Source of the DNA: an uncultured Methanosarcinales archaeon
GTDB lineage: Archaea; Nanobdellota; Nanobdellia; Woesearchaeales; GW2011-AR4
Direction of reading: 5' to 3'
DNA length: 53,322 nt
NCBI GenBank assembly: GCA_964611745.1
Contig: CAZTBE010000004.1
Coordinates: 1 to 53,322 of the forward strand
The notes beneath the pieces were generated by a model. The model made no database searches. It was not told the DNA's origin and saw nothing but the letters and a program-made list of their open reading frames with translations. Made by a program: the position numbers and the translations under genes. Of this stretch, positions 52,218 through 53,322 are shown piece after piece; the first letter of the stretch is position 1, and the number at the start of each line of letters is the position of its first letter.

Positions 52218-53237
52218 CTACCCCAATATCTTCCCCAACTTCTTACTCTTAATAGCAATCTTAATCTCTCTTGCAATCCTTCTCCCAGTAGACATAGGCT
52301 CATTATACTTAAGTGCAGTATAAGGGCTTCCTTCAATATAAGGATTTGTTCCAGCAACAATCCTTGCGGATATTTCAAAAACCCTGATCTCTTCATCCGG
52401 AGTCAATATAGCCTCTAAACAAAAAGGCCCCCACAAGCCTCCTTTTGTAATTTTTCTGCTTTCCTTAATCACATTTTCTCCCATTTCAATAATTCTGGGT
52501 AAAAATGATTCTCTAATCACAACAGGTATATTTCCAACTATAACATAGCTTGGATCAACCTTTGGCAGAGCCATCTGGTCTCTTGCTGAAACACGGCCTA
52601 AACTATCTACATTGCTCTCATATCTTTTGTCAAAACCCATTATCTCTAATTCATCAGTTATTGGGCTGTAGAAGTAATGTATGAACATTGGCACGCCAAC
52701 AATATACTCCTGTATGACATACTCTTCTTCTCCAGGATGAAATTTAATTTTCTTTCTAAAATCTTTCTCATTCTTTGCCAAGAAATAACCTTTGCCGCCT
52801 TTTGCACCATGGAATTTAACTATAACTGCTCTGTCAATGTCTTTAGGGTCCTTAAATATTTTAGGCAACTTTAATCCAGCTTTCTTTAACCACTTTCTTT
52901 CTATATTCCTGTCAGCCTCAAACCTTAAAATATTCTTATTCCCATAATAAGGAACCTTAAATTTTTCTACTGCGCCAACTCCAAGATAAGCGATCAAAGA
53001 AGCATGAGGAATAAAGATAGCATTTTTTTTAATTAACTTATCTTGTACTTTTGTAAGTTCACTATAATCTTTAATGGTTATTATTTCATCCGCAACATTA
53101 AACATCTTGTATGGCCTTTCCCTGCCTTTAATGCATATAGCTATAGTAGAAAATCCTTCATCATGCGCTCCTTTGAGTATCTGTAATGCAGAATGAGATC
53201 CTATCGTCGCAATTTTATAGCTTTTATGTAGCGCCAT
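52218..53237 (-). CDS. purP: FAICAR synthetase PurP, paralog 2
   Basis: IATIGSHSALQILKGA is the PurP N-domain and an ATP-grasp C-domain follows. The protein is colinear with paralog 1 (shared ...GPFCLEA/GPFALQG, ARI/MRIPG...). The start is set at MALHKSYK (ATG 53237). Confidence 0.8.
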   Translation of the reverse strand: MALHKSYKIATIGSHSALQILKGAHDEGFSTIAICIKGRERPYKMFNVADEIITIKDYSELTKVQDKLIKKNAIFIPHASLIAYLGVGAVEKFKVPYYGNKNILRFEADRNIERKWLKKAGLKLPKIFKDPKDIDRAVIVKFHGAKGGKGYFLAKNEKDFRKKIKFHPGEEEYVIQEYIVGVPMFIHYFYSPITDELEIMGFDKRYESNVDSLGRVSARDQMALPKVDPSYVIVGNIPVVIRESFLPRIIEMGENVIKESRKITKGGLWGPFCLEAILTPDEEIRVFEISARIVAGTNPYIEGSPYTALKYNEPMSTGRRIAREIKIAIKSKKLGKILG

Positions 53238-53322
53238 ATCAAAAGTGAGCAGTTGAGTTATATAAAGGTTTCGGAAATTAGTCCACAAAACACAAAACCA
53301 AAACTTTTAAATCCACTTAAGC

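Overview
The window is a strongly AT-rich archaeal chromosomal segment. The archaeal call rests on the canonical rps13-rps4-rps11-rpoD-rpl18e-rpl13-rps9-rpoN cluster, eS15/uS15, diphthine synthase, ATP-dependent DNA ligase, FtsZ, two PurP genes and a tRNA with a bulge-helix-bulge (BHB) intron. Gene content and composition suggest a small-genome, DPANN-like lineage; that is inference only. About 55 genes are supported, most on the minus strand. They fall into these groups. (1) A MacB-type ABC export module. (2) A gnd-zwf-cyclase operon for the oxidative pentose-phosphate branch. (3) A polar-lipid head-group cluster: psd, a methyltransferase, pssA-like, a tandem CDP-alcohol transferase and a PlsC-like acyltransferase. 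(4) nadK, panE and a bacterial-looking leuS. (5) The ribosomal protein / RNA polymerase cluster. (6) A large double nucleotidyltransferase-HEPN fusion protein. (7) lig, a nitroreductase and ftsZ. (8) dph5, tRNA-Gln, rps15 and ispH. (9) A folate/purine/lipoate island: purH, purN, folD, glyA, lplA, lipA, MTHFS, purD, purF, guaA and 2x purP. The most unusual signal is non-coding. The AT-rich intergenic DNA carries a population of GC-rich, perfectly paired palindromic elements. These comprise a ten-hairpin array between lig and the nitroreductase, hairpin modules bracketing the nitroreductase, and two MITE-like (miniature transposon-like) insertions with target-site duplications. Several shorter triloop hairpins are also present, and one reaches into a gene's 3' end. 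Separately, a family of 160-310 bp T-rich spacers is built around the decamer TTAATTATTG, always on the + strand. I could not connect either class to a known element family from sequence alone. All coordinates and motifs below were read directly from the sequence. Functional assignments are by recognised motifs, not database searches.
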